Of a stretch of DNA of 64,000 nt, positions 1-10,007 are shown piece by piece. The translations under genes were made by a program, and so were the position numbers. A model generated the notes under the pieces. That model saw only the letters and a program-made list of their open reading frames with translations, made no database searches and was not told where the DNA came from. Location of the stretch: IMG/VR virus record IMGVR_UViG_3300031722_000008, positions 32,001 to 96,000 of that record; one strand, written 5' to 3'. This DNA comes from a virus. Numbering within the stretch: the stretch's first letter is position 1; each line of letters starts with the position of its first letter.

Positions 1-421
1 AGTCGAGTTGCTTTTGAGCAGAAGAGACTTCTTTAGTTGCCGCCCTACCTTCGCTATCAAATAAATTTTTTACAAAGCCTTGTTTTTGAGTTCTATCTAA
101 AATAGTTTTGTTTTTGATTTTTAAGCCATCAACATTCTTCTCTGCATCACCTATTTTTTTATTCAAATTAGGCAAATATTTATCTGTATCATTCAACTTG
201 CTATTAATCTTATCCATGTTATTTTTTATTGAATTGTATTCTGGACTACTATTCTTAAAATTATTGCCAAGAGATACCATATCATCTAATTTATTTTTGG
301 ATTCTTTCTTAGCTATTCCAGTAACATTAGATAGATACTTATTTTTCTTAACTAGCTTTGTTAGATTCTCAATAGAGTCATCTAATATTCCAGCAGTTTT
401 TTCAGGTTCACTTGGCTTTAT
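1..421 (-). CDS. Partial open frame, likely a -1 frameshift extension of the 418..1497 protein (runs off the window)
   Basis: Frame is stop-free from about 448 to 1 (IKPSEPEKTAGILDDSIENLTKLVKKNKY...). No start codon until about 280. Overlaps the slippery A-AAT-TTT-TTT site at 433-424. Confidence 0.65.
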   Translation of the reverse strand, partial: MKPSEPEKTAGILDDSIENLTKLVKKNKYLSNVTGIAKKESKNKLDDMVSLGNNFKNSSPEYNSIKNNMDKINSKLNDTDKYLPNLNKKIGDAEKNVDGLKIKNKTILDRTQKQGFVKNLFDSEGRAATKEVSSAQKQLD

Positions 422-1497
422 TGAAAAAAATTTTCTGGATCTAAAACCTCATCTGTAACTCCACAAGAAGCGCATTTTTCTCTTATTTTAATATATTCAT
501 CATTTTTTTCAGAAAGAGTATTTACACATTGTTTAAAGTCACTAGCTAATTTAACAATATCATCAATACTTCTTAACGACTTATTTGTAGATAAAAGAAT
601 ATTTGGTATTTCAGTATCACAAACAACACTTGCAATTTTGCTTAATGAATATTTACCTAGTGTAAATTTTTCACTAGCTTTTTTCTCAACATCAATATTG
701 TTTAGCTCAACCGAGAAATTATCATGTAGTGCCTTTCTTTCTTTGTACATAGCTATTCTTTCTTCGGTAGCTTCCTTAATTAAGCCTATTTCTCTCTCAT
801 TTAAATTAGCTGATTTTACTATTGCGGACATAACTTCATTAACATCTGAGCCTAATTTTTCAAGGCTTATAAAAGTATCTCCTAATTCATTACAATAATG
901 CATAACTTCTTTTGAGATTTTATTAAGTTCATCTTCTTTTCTATCTAGCGTTTCTGCTATTTTTTTTAAGAAGAAATCTCCTCTTGAATATTTCATATTA
1001 ACAGACAAATCACCGAAGCTATGATCAAGATTACCGTTAAATAAATCATAGTGTTCATCACTTGCGATTTTTTCCATATATTCATCATCGATTTTATTTT
1101 GCTCGAAAGCAACTTTTTCTGATTTTTTAGGTTCATCTGTAGGCTCTGTCTTATCGGAATCAGAAGATGAACTTTCACCTCTCATACATTTCTTTACACC
1201 ATCGATTGATGCTATATTAAATTCAACTTCTCTATCTGCACCAACTAACTTCTTGTATTTTATTAGGTATACTTGATTATTAACTTCTTCAACAATTCTA
1301 TGAATCTGATCATCATTCATGTTTTCTCTTTTAGCAATCTTTGCTATTGCTTGATTTAAGTCAATATTGAATTTTAGAAATTCGGAAATAACCACATCTC
1401 TATATTCTAATATTTTTCTTGAAAAATCAGTAGATAAATCTCTCTTGTTTTGTAGATCATAACTTCCATCTGACAATGCTTGTAATAATGTTGACAT
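418..1497 (-). CDS. Putative virion/head-associated protein with multiple KxA motifs
   Basis: Long ORF directly downstream of the terminase. Contains EKVAF, EKIAS, EKKAS, SKIAS, VKLAS and EKCAS. Confidence 0.5.
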   Translation of the reverse strand: MSTLLQALSDGSYDLQNKRDLSTDFSRKILEYRDVVISEFLKFNIDLNQAIAKIAKRENMNDDQIHRIVEEVNNQVYLIKYKKLVGADREVEFNIASIDGVKKCMRGESSSSDSDKTEPTDEPKKSEKVAFEQNKIDDEYMEKIASDEHYDLFNGNLDHSFGDLSVNMKYSRGDFFLKKIAETLDRKEDELNKISKEVMHYCNELGDTFISLEKLGSDVNEVMSAIVKSANLNEREIGLIKEATEERIAMYKERKALHDNFSVELNNIDVEKKASEKFTLGKYSLSKIASVVCDTEIPNILLSTNKSLRSIDDIVKLASDFKQCVNTLSEKNDEYIKIREKCASCGVTDEVLDPENFFQ

Positions 1498-1521
1498 TTT
1501 TATCACTTCTTTCTTATTTAT

Positions 1522-3153
1522 TTACCATCCACCACGTTCACTTTCATCAACGCCGCTAAATGCTATTGCTCCACTTCCTGTTTCTCTGAATATCTCTTCG
1601 GCCAATTTAGCATATACGCATGAATGAAGAGCATCATCTGGTTGACCTTCAGGATGAGTATACATCAAATCTTCTGATCGACCAGTTTTTTCAGATTTTC
1701 TATATTCAGCTTGTTCAGATAAATGATGGTCATATAACCAAGGAAACTCTGATTTATCTGCTCCTGGCCATAATATATCTTCTTTCTGAATCGAAGTAAC
1801 ATACTCTTGCATTACTTGAGTCCTGTTAACAATCCATCTTGCTTGATCCAAATCATATTTCTTTCTTAACTTTTGATTAAAAGAATAGTAACAAGCAACA
1901 ACCCTACTTACCCCAAATATATTTTGTAATTTTTTATATCTATCATAACCAAATCCCCAATCCACAACAGCCAAGCAGACGTTGTAGTTTTGCATCATAT
2001 AGCAAATATCGTTTATTTGATAGTCGGGGTCTAATTCTTCTCCGACAGCATATCTTTTTATAAATAATAATTGGAATTTACCATTACTGTTTCTTGCATA
2101 TATACTCACTACAGTATATGATTTTTCTCCAGTTCCCCAATCCACTCCCATATACACAGGAACATTTGCAAATTCTCCTTCACATCGATTAAACATTCTT
2201 TGATTGTTTGCACTGATTCTACCCAACATAACAGGGGTAAATGGCTTCGAAGCATTCTCATAACTTCTTCCAAGAACTTCGTTATGAAACTTATCTAACG
2301 AATAGTTATCTGCATACTTTGACCAAATATCCTCGGCAGTTATCCAAGGAACCATTAATTGAGATATTCTAAAACCTTTTAATTTTTTCTCTGGTGCAAG
2401 TGGCAACCAAAATCCATTAACAATGCTCATTTTTGGTAATTCCATCTCGCACTTTCTACATACAAATTGTTTCGGTCTTAGATTCTTAATTCCCATTATT
2501 TGGTACTTACCACAATGAGGGCATTTTACTACCCATTCATTTTGTGATGATTGGTCCCATTTTTGCTGAATTGTATTGGAGAATGTTTTAGGTGTTCCTG
2601 TATACCAAGTAACTCTCATTCTTGCTCCAGCTTCAAGTGCATGAGATTGACATTCCTTTATTACTGGTAATGCATCAATGTGGATATCTTGTATTTCATC
2701 TCCCCATATTCCATTAACAGTAATACCTCTTATATTATCCCCAAGTCCATAGCAATGCTTTAAGTATACAGTAGAATTAGTCTTTTTTATTGTTTTCATG
2801 AATACAGCTTGTGAATCATGCTTATCTATATAGTCTTTTTTGATAACATCTTGATTGCTGTATTCATACAATTTCCCTAATCTTTCATTTGAGAATTCCT
2901 TAACTTGTGATGTTAAGGGTGCGAAATATAAACCCTTAAAGTTTTCAAGAAGCAACGTATGGTTAGCCATATGAGTGGAATTAGTAGTAGATTTCTCAAC
3001 TTGTCTTCCACTCATAATAAGTCCTTCTTCTATCTGACCATTATATATAGGATCTAGATAATGCCTGTCACTTAATCTAAATGGTTTCCCATCTAATCGA
3101 TATATGGATTCGGCAAACGTAGAAGGCAGTACTTGTTTGATTTGTTTTTCCAT
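1522..3153 (-). CDS. terL: Terminase large subunit (GpA-like)
   Basis: Walker A-like GRQVEKST, Walker B WGDEIQD, coupling motif TGTP, CPHCG/CRKC Zn finger, nuclease GVDWG and C-terminal PDDALH. Confidence 0.85.
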   Translation of the reverse strand: MEKQIKQVLPSTFAESIYRLDGKPFRLSDRHYLDPIYNGQIEEGLIMSGRQVEKSTTNSTHMANHTLLLENFKGLYFAPLTSQVKEFSNERLGKLYEYSNQDVIKKDYIDKHDSQAVFMKTIKKTNSTVYLKHCYGLGDNIRGITVNGIWGDEIQDIHIDALPVIKECQSHALEAGARMRVTWYTGTPKTFSNTIQQKWDQSSQNEWVVKCPHCGKYQIMGIKNLRPKQFVCRKCEMELPKMSIVNGFWLPLAPEKKLKGFRISQLMVPWITAEDIWSKYADNYSLDKFHNEVLGRSYENASKPFTPVMLGRISANNQRMFNRCEGEFANVPVYMGVDWGTGEKSYTVVSIYARNSNGKFQLLFIKRYAVGEELDPDYQINDICYMMQNYNVCLAVVDWGFGYDRYKKLQNIFGVSRVVACYYSFNQKLRKKYDLDQARWIVNRTQVMQEYVTSIQKEDILWPGADKSEFPWLYDHHLSEQAEYRKSEKTGRSEDLMYTHPEGQPDDALHSCVYAKLAEEIFRETGSGAIAFSGVDESERGGW

Positions 3154-3162
3154 AGAATCACC

Positions 3163-4017
3163 CTACTCTTGCTGTTCTTGTTGTTTTTTTAATCTATGCT
3201 TCTTGAAATTTACTATATTTTCAGGAGTGGCAAAATAAGTAGGTAATGCTGCAACTTCTTGTGCGGCTGCCATAGGAGCTAATGCTGCTCCAACTTTAAG
3301 TGCGCGCTTTGCAACTCTAACTGAATTATCTCCCATTTTTTTACTTACCATTTTTTGGAATTCAGGATTACTTGCCGCATCTACTGTAGTTGCTTTATTT
3401 GATAGGTCTTTAAAATCTCTAGCAAATATCTTTCCACTGGCACCAACTCTTCCCAATGATTGTTCTAGGTTTTTACCTATTTCACCACGAATAGCCTTAC
3501 CTTTCTTTAATCCGTATAAACCTCCCCATAATGCTGCAACTGGTGCTGTGCTTGCGCCTATAGTTGCGGCGATACTTTTAGCATCAGGAGCTGTTCCAAA
3601 TTCTTCTTTGTGTTTTTTATATAATTGATAAGTAGGAATTGTTGCTCCTCCTGCGATATCACCAATTGCCATGCCTGCCATGCCACCATGAACCAAAGCT
3701 TTATTGAATGGCATCTTGCCTTTTTTCATAGCGAGAGCAGTACCAGCTATACCTCCAATTTTCATTGCAGTATCTTGTGCTTCGCCATTAACCATCCCTG
3801 TTGCAATACTCTTGCCTACTGTCTTTACACCACTTTTTATCTTAGCTTTACCTTCATCATTACTTAAAGCGTATGCGCTACCTAATGCTCCTGCACCTAC
3901 ACCTGTTCCTATTCCAACTTTTTTAATTAAACCTTTATTTTTGTTGAACATTTTAATTGCTTTTTCTTTTATGCTTGCAGTCTTTTCTATAGATTCAATA
4001 TAATATTCCTTATTCAT
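3163..4017 (-). CDS. Gly/Ala-rich hydrophobic protein with N-terminal YYIESIEKTA tag
   Basis: GGAGGTG RBS, glycine-zipper segments, tag at residues 5-14. Confidence 0.6.
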   Translation of the reverse strand: MNKEYYIESIEKTASIKEKAIKMFNKNKGLIKKVGIGTGVGAGALGSAYALSNDEGKAKIKSGVKTVGKSIATGMVNGEAQDTAMKIGGIAGTALAMKKGKMPFNKALVHGGMAGMAIGDIAGGATIPTYQLYKKHKEEFGTAPDAKSIAATIGASTAPVAALWGGLYGLKKGKAIRGEIGKNLEQSLGRVGASGKIFARDFKDLSNKATTVDAASNPEFQKMVSKKMGDNSVRVAKRALKVGAALAPMAAAQEVAALPTYFATPENIVNFKKHRLKKQQEQQE

Positions 4018-4121
4018 AACAATTATCACCTCCATCAAATTTATTATATATCAATCAATAGATTGTAACAACTTATTGATGAAAGGCTAATAATTGTGTA
4101 TGATTAATTTGAGGTGATAAT

Positions 4122-4757
4122 ATGGATAAAAATAATAACAAAGAAAATGAATTAAATATCGTAAAGTTTGAGGATAACGAAAATCCAATAGACAAAATAT
4201 CAGAATTAATTAAACAATGTTTTGATAGTCTTAAAGGACAAGACTTACTAATAACAAATAGGAGAATTAGTGGTGATTATTTTTCTACATTCGCTGACTC
4301 ATTATATGCGTATGAGAAAGGTATAGTTTTATTGGAGCGTTTCTTTAAAAAAGATAAATGTAAATGGATTGGACAGGAGTATAAGGAGTTTTCAGAAAAG
4401 GATAAAGAACTCTTAAAGGAGTTTGAAGAATTTGCTCATAATATCCCAACTTCTATTGATACAACTCAAGAGGAGAGAACTAAGTATTCTGACAAACTAG
4501 AGGGATATCAAGGAAGAATTAAGAATATAGCTCCCAAGATTGGTATAATTAATGATTATATGTATGATGATATAAGACTGATATTATTAGATGATGTTGA
4601 AGATGAGGGCTTAAAAAATTTAAGTAATTCATATAGTTCTTTCGGAATAGCAATGTTAACAACTCTTACATGGGGAAATATTAATGGATTATCTTTCGGA
4701 ATAACAACTATTAATTATGATGATTATGTGGATTTAATCTTAATACCAATAAAATAA
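4122..4757 (+). CDS. Hypothetical protein
   Basis: 211-aa ORF with GAGGTG RBS, followed by a terminator. Confidence 0.7.
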   Translation: MDKNNNKENELNIVKFEDNENPIDKISELIKQCFDSLKGQDLLITNRRISGDYFSTFADSLYAYEKGIVLLERFFKKDKCKWIGQEYKEFSEKDKELLKEFEEFAHNIPTSIDTTQEERTKYSDKLEGYQGRIKNIAPKIGIINDYMYDDIRLILLDDVEDEGLKNLSNSYSSFGIAMLTTLTWGNINGLSFGITTINYDDYVDLILIPIK

Positions 4758-4789
4758 AAGTGTGGCTCCAAGAGCCACACTTTTATTTT
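4751..4789. terminator. Bidirectional intrinsic terminator
   Basis: aaaataaaagtgtggctc-caa-gagccacacttttatttt between convergent genes. Confidence 0.85.
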
Positions 4790-6044
4790 ATCTTTCCTCG
4801 TCTTCATTGAAGTTTAATGCTATTTCATCTAAACCTTCAATTTCATCTAACTTTACATTGCCGTAATTTTCATCACCAGTTTGTTCAGCAACTCTTCTCT
4901 TATTTTCTTCAATAAGCTCTTCTTCTCTTTTTCCATATAATTGAAGAACCACTTCTTGAGAGTGTTTATCATTATTTCCACTTCTTCCCGACATAGCTCT
5001 GATTTCTTCCACCTTATCATGAGCGAAAGACATCATTTTAGCGGTTTTAAATAATGGGTCAACTACATCTCTATCCTTATCAGCATCCAATGAAACGAAT
5101 CGCTTGTATGCTTTACCTACAACATCAGCAAACATATCTTCGAAGCTTGCCTCATTCATTTCTGCTATATTAACTGCAGCATTTGTATACATCATATTCA
5201 AACCTTTTATGTTGTCTGATAATTCAGATACTCTTTTTTCGGTTTGATCGATAAGACTAACCCTGTCTCCCATACTTAATTCTTCGTAATCACCAATGCC
5301 ATCTTCCACATCTTTAAGTAATGTGTTCAAGGAATTTTTTTCAGTAACAAGAGAGTTTATTTTATCCTCGATTGTTTGAGTCTGTATATTAAAAAACATT
5401 GATTTATATAATTGGATATCCTGATCATAAACACTAAATTTTAATTGTTCTCTACAATATCTAGTTATTCTATCTGTAGGAACATTTTCCAATAAGAATT
5501 TATCTATTAGGTATCTTTTCTCAAATAACAATATTTTTTCAACAGCACCTTTTCCTCTAGTCGATGTTGATGATGTAAGTAATCTATTTCCTTTTTCATC
5601 AACAGGTAAATTAACTGCACTGCCATGGAATCTGTATATTTCTTGGCACCACATCTCATCTATATCTAGTGATTTTATTAATTTACAAAATTTAACTTGA
5701 CCATCTAAATCATCTCCTAAATCCAGTCTATAATTCAGGAGTTCTTTAGTATATGCACCTCTCTTTGATTTTGCTCTAAGAAGTTTATTTTTATAATCTG
5801 CATAAATATTCGCAAGTCCGAAATGTTTTATCAATGGATCCATAACAGCTAAATAATATAGTGTCAATGGTTTTTCGTGAGGTGCTGATAGTCCCAATTT
5901 TTGTAATTCTTTCTTTATAACTATTGGAGAATACCTTTTACTTAAAAGATATCTGATGTACTTAATGTGAGGCTTCTTCTCTATTCCTTCAATGGTTTGC
6001 CTATATTTAGGATCTAGTTTTTCAAAATCTATTTTTATACCCAC
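4788..6044 (-). CDS. Hypothetical helical/coiled-coil protein
   Basis: 418-aa ORF with GGAGG RBS. Upstream TTTACA-17-TATAAT. No clear EKxA tag. Confidence 0.7.
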   Translation of the reverse strand: MGIKIDFEKLDPKYRQTIEGIEKKPHIKYIRYLLSKRYSPIVIKKELQKLGLSAPHEKPLTLYYLAVMDPLIKHFGLANIYADYKNKLLRAKSKRGAYTKELLNYRLDLGDDLDGQVKFCKLIKSLDIDEMWCQEIYRFHGSAVNLPVDEKGNRLLTSSTSTRGKGAVEKILLFEKRYLIDKFLLENVPTDRITRYCREQLKFSVYDQDIQLYKSMFFNIQTQTIEDKINSLVTEKNSLNTLLKDVEDGIGDYEELSMGDRVSLIDQTEKRVSELSDNIKGLNMMYTNAAVNIAEMNEASFEDMFADVVGKAYKRFVSLDADKDRDVVDPLFKTAKMMSFAHDKVEEIRAMSGRSGNNDKHSQEVVLQLYGKREEELIEENKRRVAEQTGDENYGNVKLDEIEGLDEIALNFNEDEER

Positions 6045-6104
6045 GTTATTCCCTCCGTTTCTATTTCATTATAAATGCAAAGATAATTTTTGTAAAACAA
6101 GGCT

Positions 6105-7721
6105 CTAACTACTAAACTTATTTTTTATCTTTTGAATTAAACTTTCTTTTGGTCTCATTTTACGGTTATTTTCATCAAGTAAATTATATAGTAGTTGATT
6201 TTGTTTAGCCTTATTATCAGCTATTTCATAAATAACTTCATCAGGAGTCCTATATGGAGATTTAAATAAACCTAACGTTTTTGGCATAGTAGATAGATAC
6301 CTATTTACTTCGACCTTTCGTTCGCCCTCCGCCCGTTTCGATTGACCGAACGCTCTTATTCCTCTGGCTTCCATTTGCTTCATTCTTTCTGGATTATAGT
6401 GACCATCTAAGGCACCTTCCCATGTAGTATCTCCAAGAGATAATCCTTCTGCTCCTGCCCCACTTATAAGCATTACTCTTTTCTTTCTAGCATTATAATC
6501 ATTAACATCATTCTGTCTAGTTTCTTCTGTAACTCCTTTATTACCCTTACCTATAAACTTTCCATAACTTATTCCTCTATCCTTAAGTCCTGCTTCTAAT
6601 ACATCAGCTCCACCATTAATCATATTAGTTAGTAGTATTGCTTGACCATCAGGAGTTGTCTTTAAATGTTCTTGCATATCACTAAGCATCTTATCTGTTT
6701 TTGGTGATAGCCTTGAACTTTCTTTTAGTGATATTCCAGGAACTACTGAACCAACACTATTAACTAATTTTCTTGCTTCTATCATACGATTAAATGCTTT
6801 TGATATTTCATCATCTTTTAGGGTTTCTAATCTTTTTTGTTTTATTATTTCTCTTAGTTTAGGGTCATTCTTAATTAATTGCTTATAATATTTAGCTTGC
6901 TCTTTAGATAATGGAACTTTTTCGGTATGAGTTTCTTTAAGTGGAATCTTGGCCATAGGTCTAACATCATCAACGCTAGCATAGTCAACATATTTAGCTA
7001 AGTCACCTTGCAATCTTTTCTTATTGTTAAAACCAGTAACAGGAACTCTATTCTCCTTAAGTCCTTTATATTTAGGTGAAGTACTTCTCTTTAGATAATT
7101 CTTATCAAAATCTTTCGAAGTAGCACCTAGATGATGTTCGCCTTGTGAAGCTAAATCAACTAAATTGTACATATCAGGAATATGATTATTTACTATAGAG
7201 CCTGTTAATCCTATAAAATTCTTGTATTTATCTCTAGTGCTTTTGAAACTATCTAATGTCGCAGTATCATTATTTCTAAGCTTATGCATTTCATCAGCTA
7301 TGACTGTGTCAGCACCAGTATCCCTTAAGATAGCTTCAGGATTTTTCCTGAACATTTCATATGAAATTATATTATAGTCAGAATCTTTATTGGGTGCATG
7401 ACCTGTTCCTTTTGATATCTCACCCATATTACCCACAATATTATATTTACTGTCCGTAAATTTTTTTACACCATCATTTCCAAAATTATGTCTTAAACTT
7501 GCTGGAGTAACTACGAGTGCTTTGTTCGCTAAGCCTTTTTCTTTCATCTTTTCGAACTTAGCTATCGATGATAATGTTTTACCACTTCCAACATCGTGCG
7601 CAACAATCATACTGTTTGATGGATTATCAACTACACGTTTTTGAAACGGATTAAATTCTATATCATCATGAAGTTTTGCTTGTTTCTCTATTTGCTCTTT
7701 ATATTTATCTCTTTTCATCAC
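6105..7721 (-). CDS. SNF2-family (SF2) helicase/translocase with N-terminal YKEQIEKQA tag
   Basis: DVGSGKT, VVTPASL, DEMH, LTGS, GAEGLSL and QMEARGIR motifs. Confidence 0.85.
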   Translation of the reverse strand: MMKRDKYKEQIEKQAKLHDDIEFNPFQKRVVDNPSNSMIVAHDVGSGKTLSSIAKFEKMKEKGLANKALVVTPASLRHNFGNDGVKKFTDSKYNIVGNMGEISKGTGHAPNKDSDYNIISYEMFRKNPEAILRDTGADTVIADEMHKLRNNDTATLDSFKSTRDKYKNFIGLTGSIVNNHIPDMYNLVDLASQGEHHLGATSKDFDKNYLKRSTSPKYKGLKENRVPVTGFNNKKRLQGDLAKYVDYASVDDVRPMAKIPLKETHTEKVPLSKEQAKYYKQLIKNDPKLREIIKQKRLETLKDDEISKAFNRMIEARKLVNSVGSVVPGISLKESSRLSPKTDKMLSDMQEHLKTTPDGQAILLTNMINGGADVLEAGLKDRGISYGKFIGKGNKGVTEETRQNDVNDYNARKKRVMLISGAGAEGLSLGDTTWEGALDGHYNPERMKQMEARGIRAFGQSKRAEGERKVEVNRYLSTMPKTLGLFKSPYRTPDEVIYEIADNKAKQNQLLYNLLDENNRKMRPKESLIQKIKNKFSS

Positions 7722-8544
7722 TATGCCTCCTAAACTTACTTAATCCATAAGCTCCAAGTCCAATACCAGCTGTCCCGATTCCAATTCCAAGTGCAAGCTT
7801 TTTATTTATTCTTGATTTAGGTATATTTCTTATTTTATCTTTATATTTCTCTTTGTTTTTATAGCAATGATCAATTATTATTTTGTCATTATCTCTAGCT
7901 AGATAAGCTTGAAACGGTTTTTTCTGAACATAATCCATTCTTGATATTTCTAAGTCCTTTTTAAATTGATTACTCATATCCTTATTGACAGATATTTTTT
8001 TGCCATAATTTTTCAAACCATCATTTTTAGGATCTAATAGGCTTCTTGATAATTTCAATTTTTTAGGGAAAGATTTATTCTCGTAATATGGAGAGAATGC
8101 TCCCTCATTCATCATTTGAGCATCAAAACCATGAGTTCCCTTTACTATAGCATTTCTCTTCGAAACAGCATTATAGAGTTCTTTATCTCCCTTGCTTAAT
8201 TTTTTTACTCCTGAAAACTTATCAAATACATTTAACATTGCTTTCTCGGATTTACTCATGTTTGAGTTCTTGATATCAAAATCAGCAAGTGATTTTGGTG
8301 ATACTATATTTGTCTTACCACCCTTAGAATTTATTTGCTGAAATTCTTTATCATCCACAATATCATTCATATCCCATTTTTCTATTAAATTTTTATTCCC
8401 TAGTTCCACACCCTTTGCAATTTCGGAATTACTCTTTCCTACAGTTTTAATTAATTTATTTCGATTTTTATTTGATAACTCATGATATTTCTCTTTCCAT
8501 TTTGTTGCAGCTTGCTTTTCTATTTGCTCTTTATATCGATTCAA
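7705..8544 (-). CDS. Tagged protein (MNRYKEQIEKQA) with C-terminal Gly-rich hydrophobic segment
   Basis: TTG start with GAGGAG RBS. C-terminal LALGIGIGTAGIGLGAYGL. Confidence 0.65.
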   Translation of the reverse strand: MNRYKEQIEKQAATKWKEKYHELSNKNRNKLIKTVGKSNSEIAKGVELGNKNLIEKWDMNDIVDDKEFQQINSKGGKTNIVSPKSLADFDIKNSNMSKSEKAMLNVFDKFSGVKKLSKGDKELYNAVSKRNAIVKGTHGFDAQMMNEGAFSPYYENKSFPKKLKLSRSLLDPKNDGLKNYGKKISVNKDMSNQFKKDLEISRMDYVQKKPFQAYLARDNDKIIIDHCYKNKEKYKDKIRNIPKSRINKKLALGIGIGTAGIGLGAYGLSKFRRHSDEKR

Positions 8545-8616
8545 TTCAACTCACTCCTCTCTATCTAACACTAATTCTATCACACATATTTTTTAAATTA
8601 AATAAATGATATATTG

Positions 8617-8631
8617 GTATAAGATATTAAA
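8617..8631 (+). promoter_or_regulatory. First of 21 copies of the GTATAAGAYATTAAA putative phage promoter
   Basis: Copies start at 8617, 12160, 14262, 16432, 20924, 22294, 23742, 24035, 24290, 30307, 31924, 32815, 33240, 36422, 36856, 37117, 40906, 42631, 50383, 50899 and 56337. All are on + and upstream of + genes. The 12160 and 56337 copies end ...TATTTGTA; 37117 has A at the Y position. Confidence 0.75.
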
Positions 8632-8659
8632 GGAATAAAATAGAAAAGGAGAGATAAAT

Positions 8660-9193
8660 ATGGAAAAAATATTAAAAAATAAAAGTAACGTAATAGCAAT
8701 AATAGTGGCAATTTTTATAGTAGGTAGTGTAATGGGGATGAACATAGGAATAAGATATGAACAAACAATTAATACTCAAAGAGCAGCAGATGTAATTAAT
8801 GTGAATATACAAAAACAAATGAAAGAGAAAGAATATTTTGATATAGAGTTTAATAAAATAAAAAATGGATTCGTAGAATCAACAGGAGAATTATATAAAG
8901 AAACTAAGGACAAAACAGGATTTAATTTTGACAAGGATTCGAAACAAAGAATGGCAAATGCATTAGTTAAATTAGGAAACATAACAAAAGAAAGCAGTAA
9001 TTTGAAAGTACCAACAGATTTAGATAATATACAAATATATTCAGATATAAAGGATATAAGTAAATATATAGATAGATTTAGTATTAGATTTATTGATGGA
9101 GTTGATAATAAAAGCAAAGATAGTTTAGATCAAGCAGCAGAAGAAATAAAAAATATAAACAAAATAATTGATAATAACAAATTAAAACAATAA
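8660..9193 (+). CDS. N-terminally membrane-anchored protein (cassette gene)
   Basis: Hydrophobic VIAIIVAIFIVGSVMGM, upstream motif and downstream terminator. Confidence 0.7.
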   Translation: MEKILKNKSNVIAIIVAIFIVGSVMGMNIGIRYEQTINTQRAADVINVNIQKQMKEKEYFDIEFNKIKNGFVESTGELYKETKDKTGFNFDKDSKQRMANALVKLGNITKESSNLKVPTDLDNIQIYSDIKDISKYIDRFSIRFIDGVDNKSKDSLDQAAEEIKNINKIIDNNKLKQ

Positions 9194-9222
9194 AAATAAA
9201 GTGGCGAAAGCCACTTTATTTT
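9193..9222. terminator. Bidirectional terminator
   Basis: aaaataaagtggc-gaaa-gccactttatttt. Confidence 0.85.
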
Positions 9223-9223
9223 C

Positions 9224-10006
9224 TTAATAGTTTAATGAATATCTTGCCTCATTTCTTATTCTATCTAAGTTTGGAGATACCTTATTTTGTGCGTGATTAA
9301 AGGCACCATTTTGATCCATCGCTACTCCAGTTAATCTTCCGAAACCTGCTCCAAGTCCTGCACCTAATCCTCCAGAAAGAACAACTTTCCCTAGTCTATT
9401 AGTTGTTCCTCCTGCCAATCCTAATCCTAATCCTGCTAATGCTCCAACTCCAGTTCCAATCTTAAGACCTGTCTTTTTTGCAGTTAAACTATCATATTTA
9501 TTTTGATATTCTTTAGAGCTGTAGACATTACTTATTGATGAATCTAACTCTTTATATTTATTTAAAGTATCTTCACTAACCCTTTTATTAGTCTTATGAG
9601 CAACTAATACTTTCATAATATCTTCATTCATACCATTAACTAAAGCTGATTGTATATCATTTCTGATATGAGGTTTCAGATCATCTTGAAGAGAATTTGG
9701 TAGTCTCCTATACCAAATAGAATTAGTTACATCACTCAAATGTTTATCGGTCTTTTCGCGTATAGATAAGGCTTCATTATTAGTCTTTTGGTGTTTTGCT
9801 TCGTTGCTTCTCGTCGGAGTGCTCGTCGCATATCTCGTCGCACTCCTTGTATGTTGATTAATATCGTTCTTATATTGTTCTTTAGTCTTTTTGAACTGAC
9901 CACTTCTAAATCCACTATCTGCTGATTGATTGGAATTACCTCCAAAATCTCCGCTTCTGTATTCGCCAGTTACTGCCTCTTTTTCAATTTGTTCTTTGTA
10001 ATTCAT
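9224..10006 (-). CDS. Tagged protein (MNYKEQIEKEA) with C-terminal glycine zipper
   Basis: Tag at the start. GTGVGALAGLGLGLAGG and GGLGAGLGAGFG segments. Confidence 0.65.
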   Translation of the reverse strand: MNYKEQIEKEAVTGEYRSGDFGGNSNQSADSGFRSGQFKKTKEQYKNDINQHTRSATRYATSTPTRSNEAKHQKTNNEALSIREKTDKHLSDVTNSIWYRRLPNSLQDDLKPHIRNDIQSALVNGMNEDIMKVLVAHKTNKRVSEDTLNKYKELDSSISNVYSSKEYQNKYDSLTAKKTGLKIGTGVGALAGLGLGLAGGTTNRLGKVVLSGGLGAGLGAGFGRLTGVAMDQNGAFNHAQNKVSPNLDRIRNEARYSLNY

Positions 10007-10007
10007 A

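Noticed and set aside
4788-6044. Terminase small subunit or portal assignment
   Set aside because: Only proximity to terL supports it, and I recognised no diagnostic motif.
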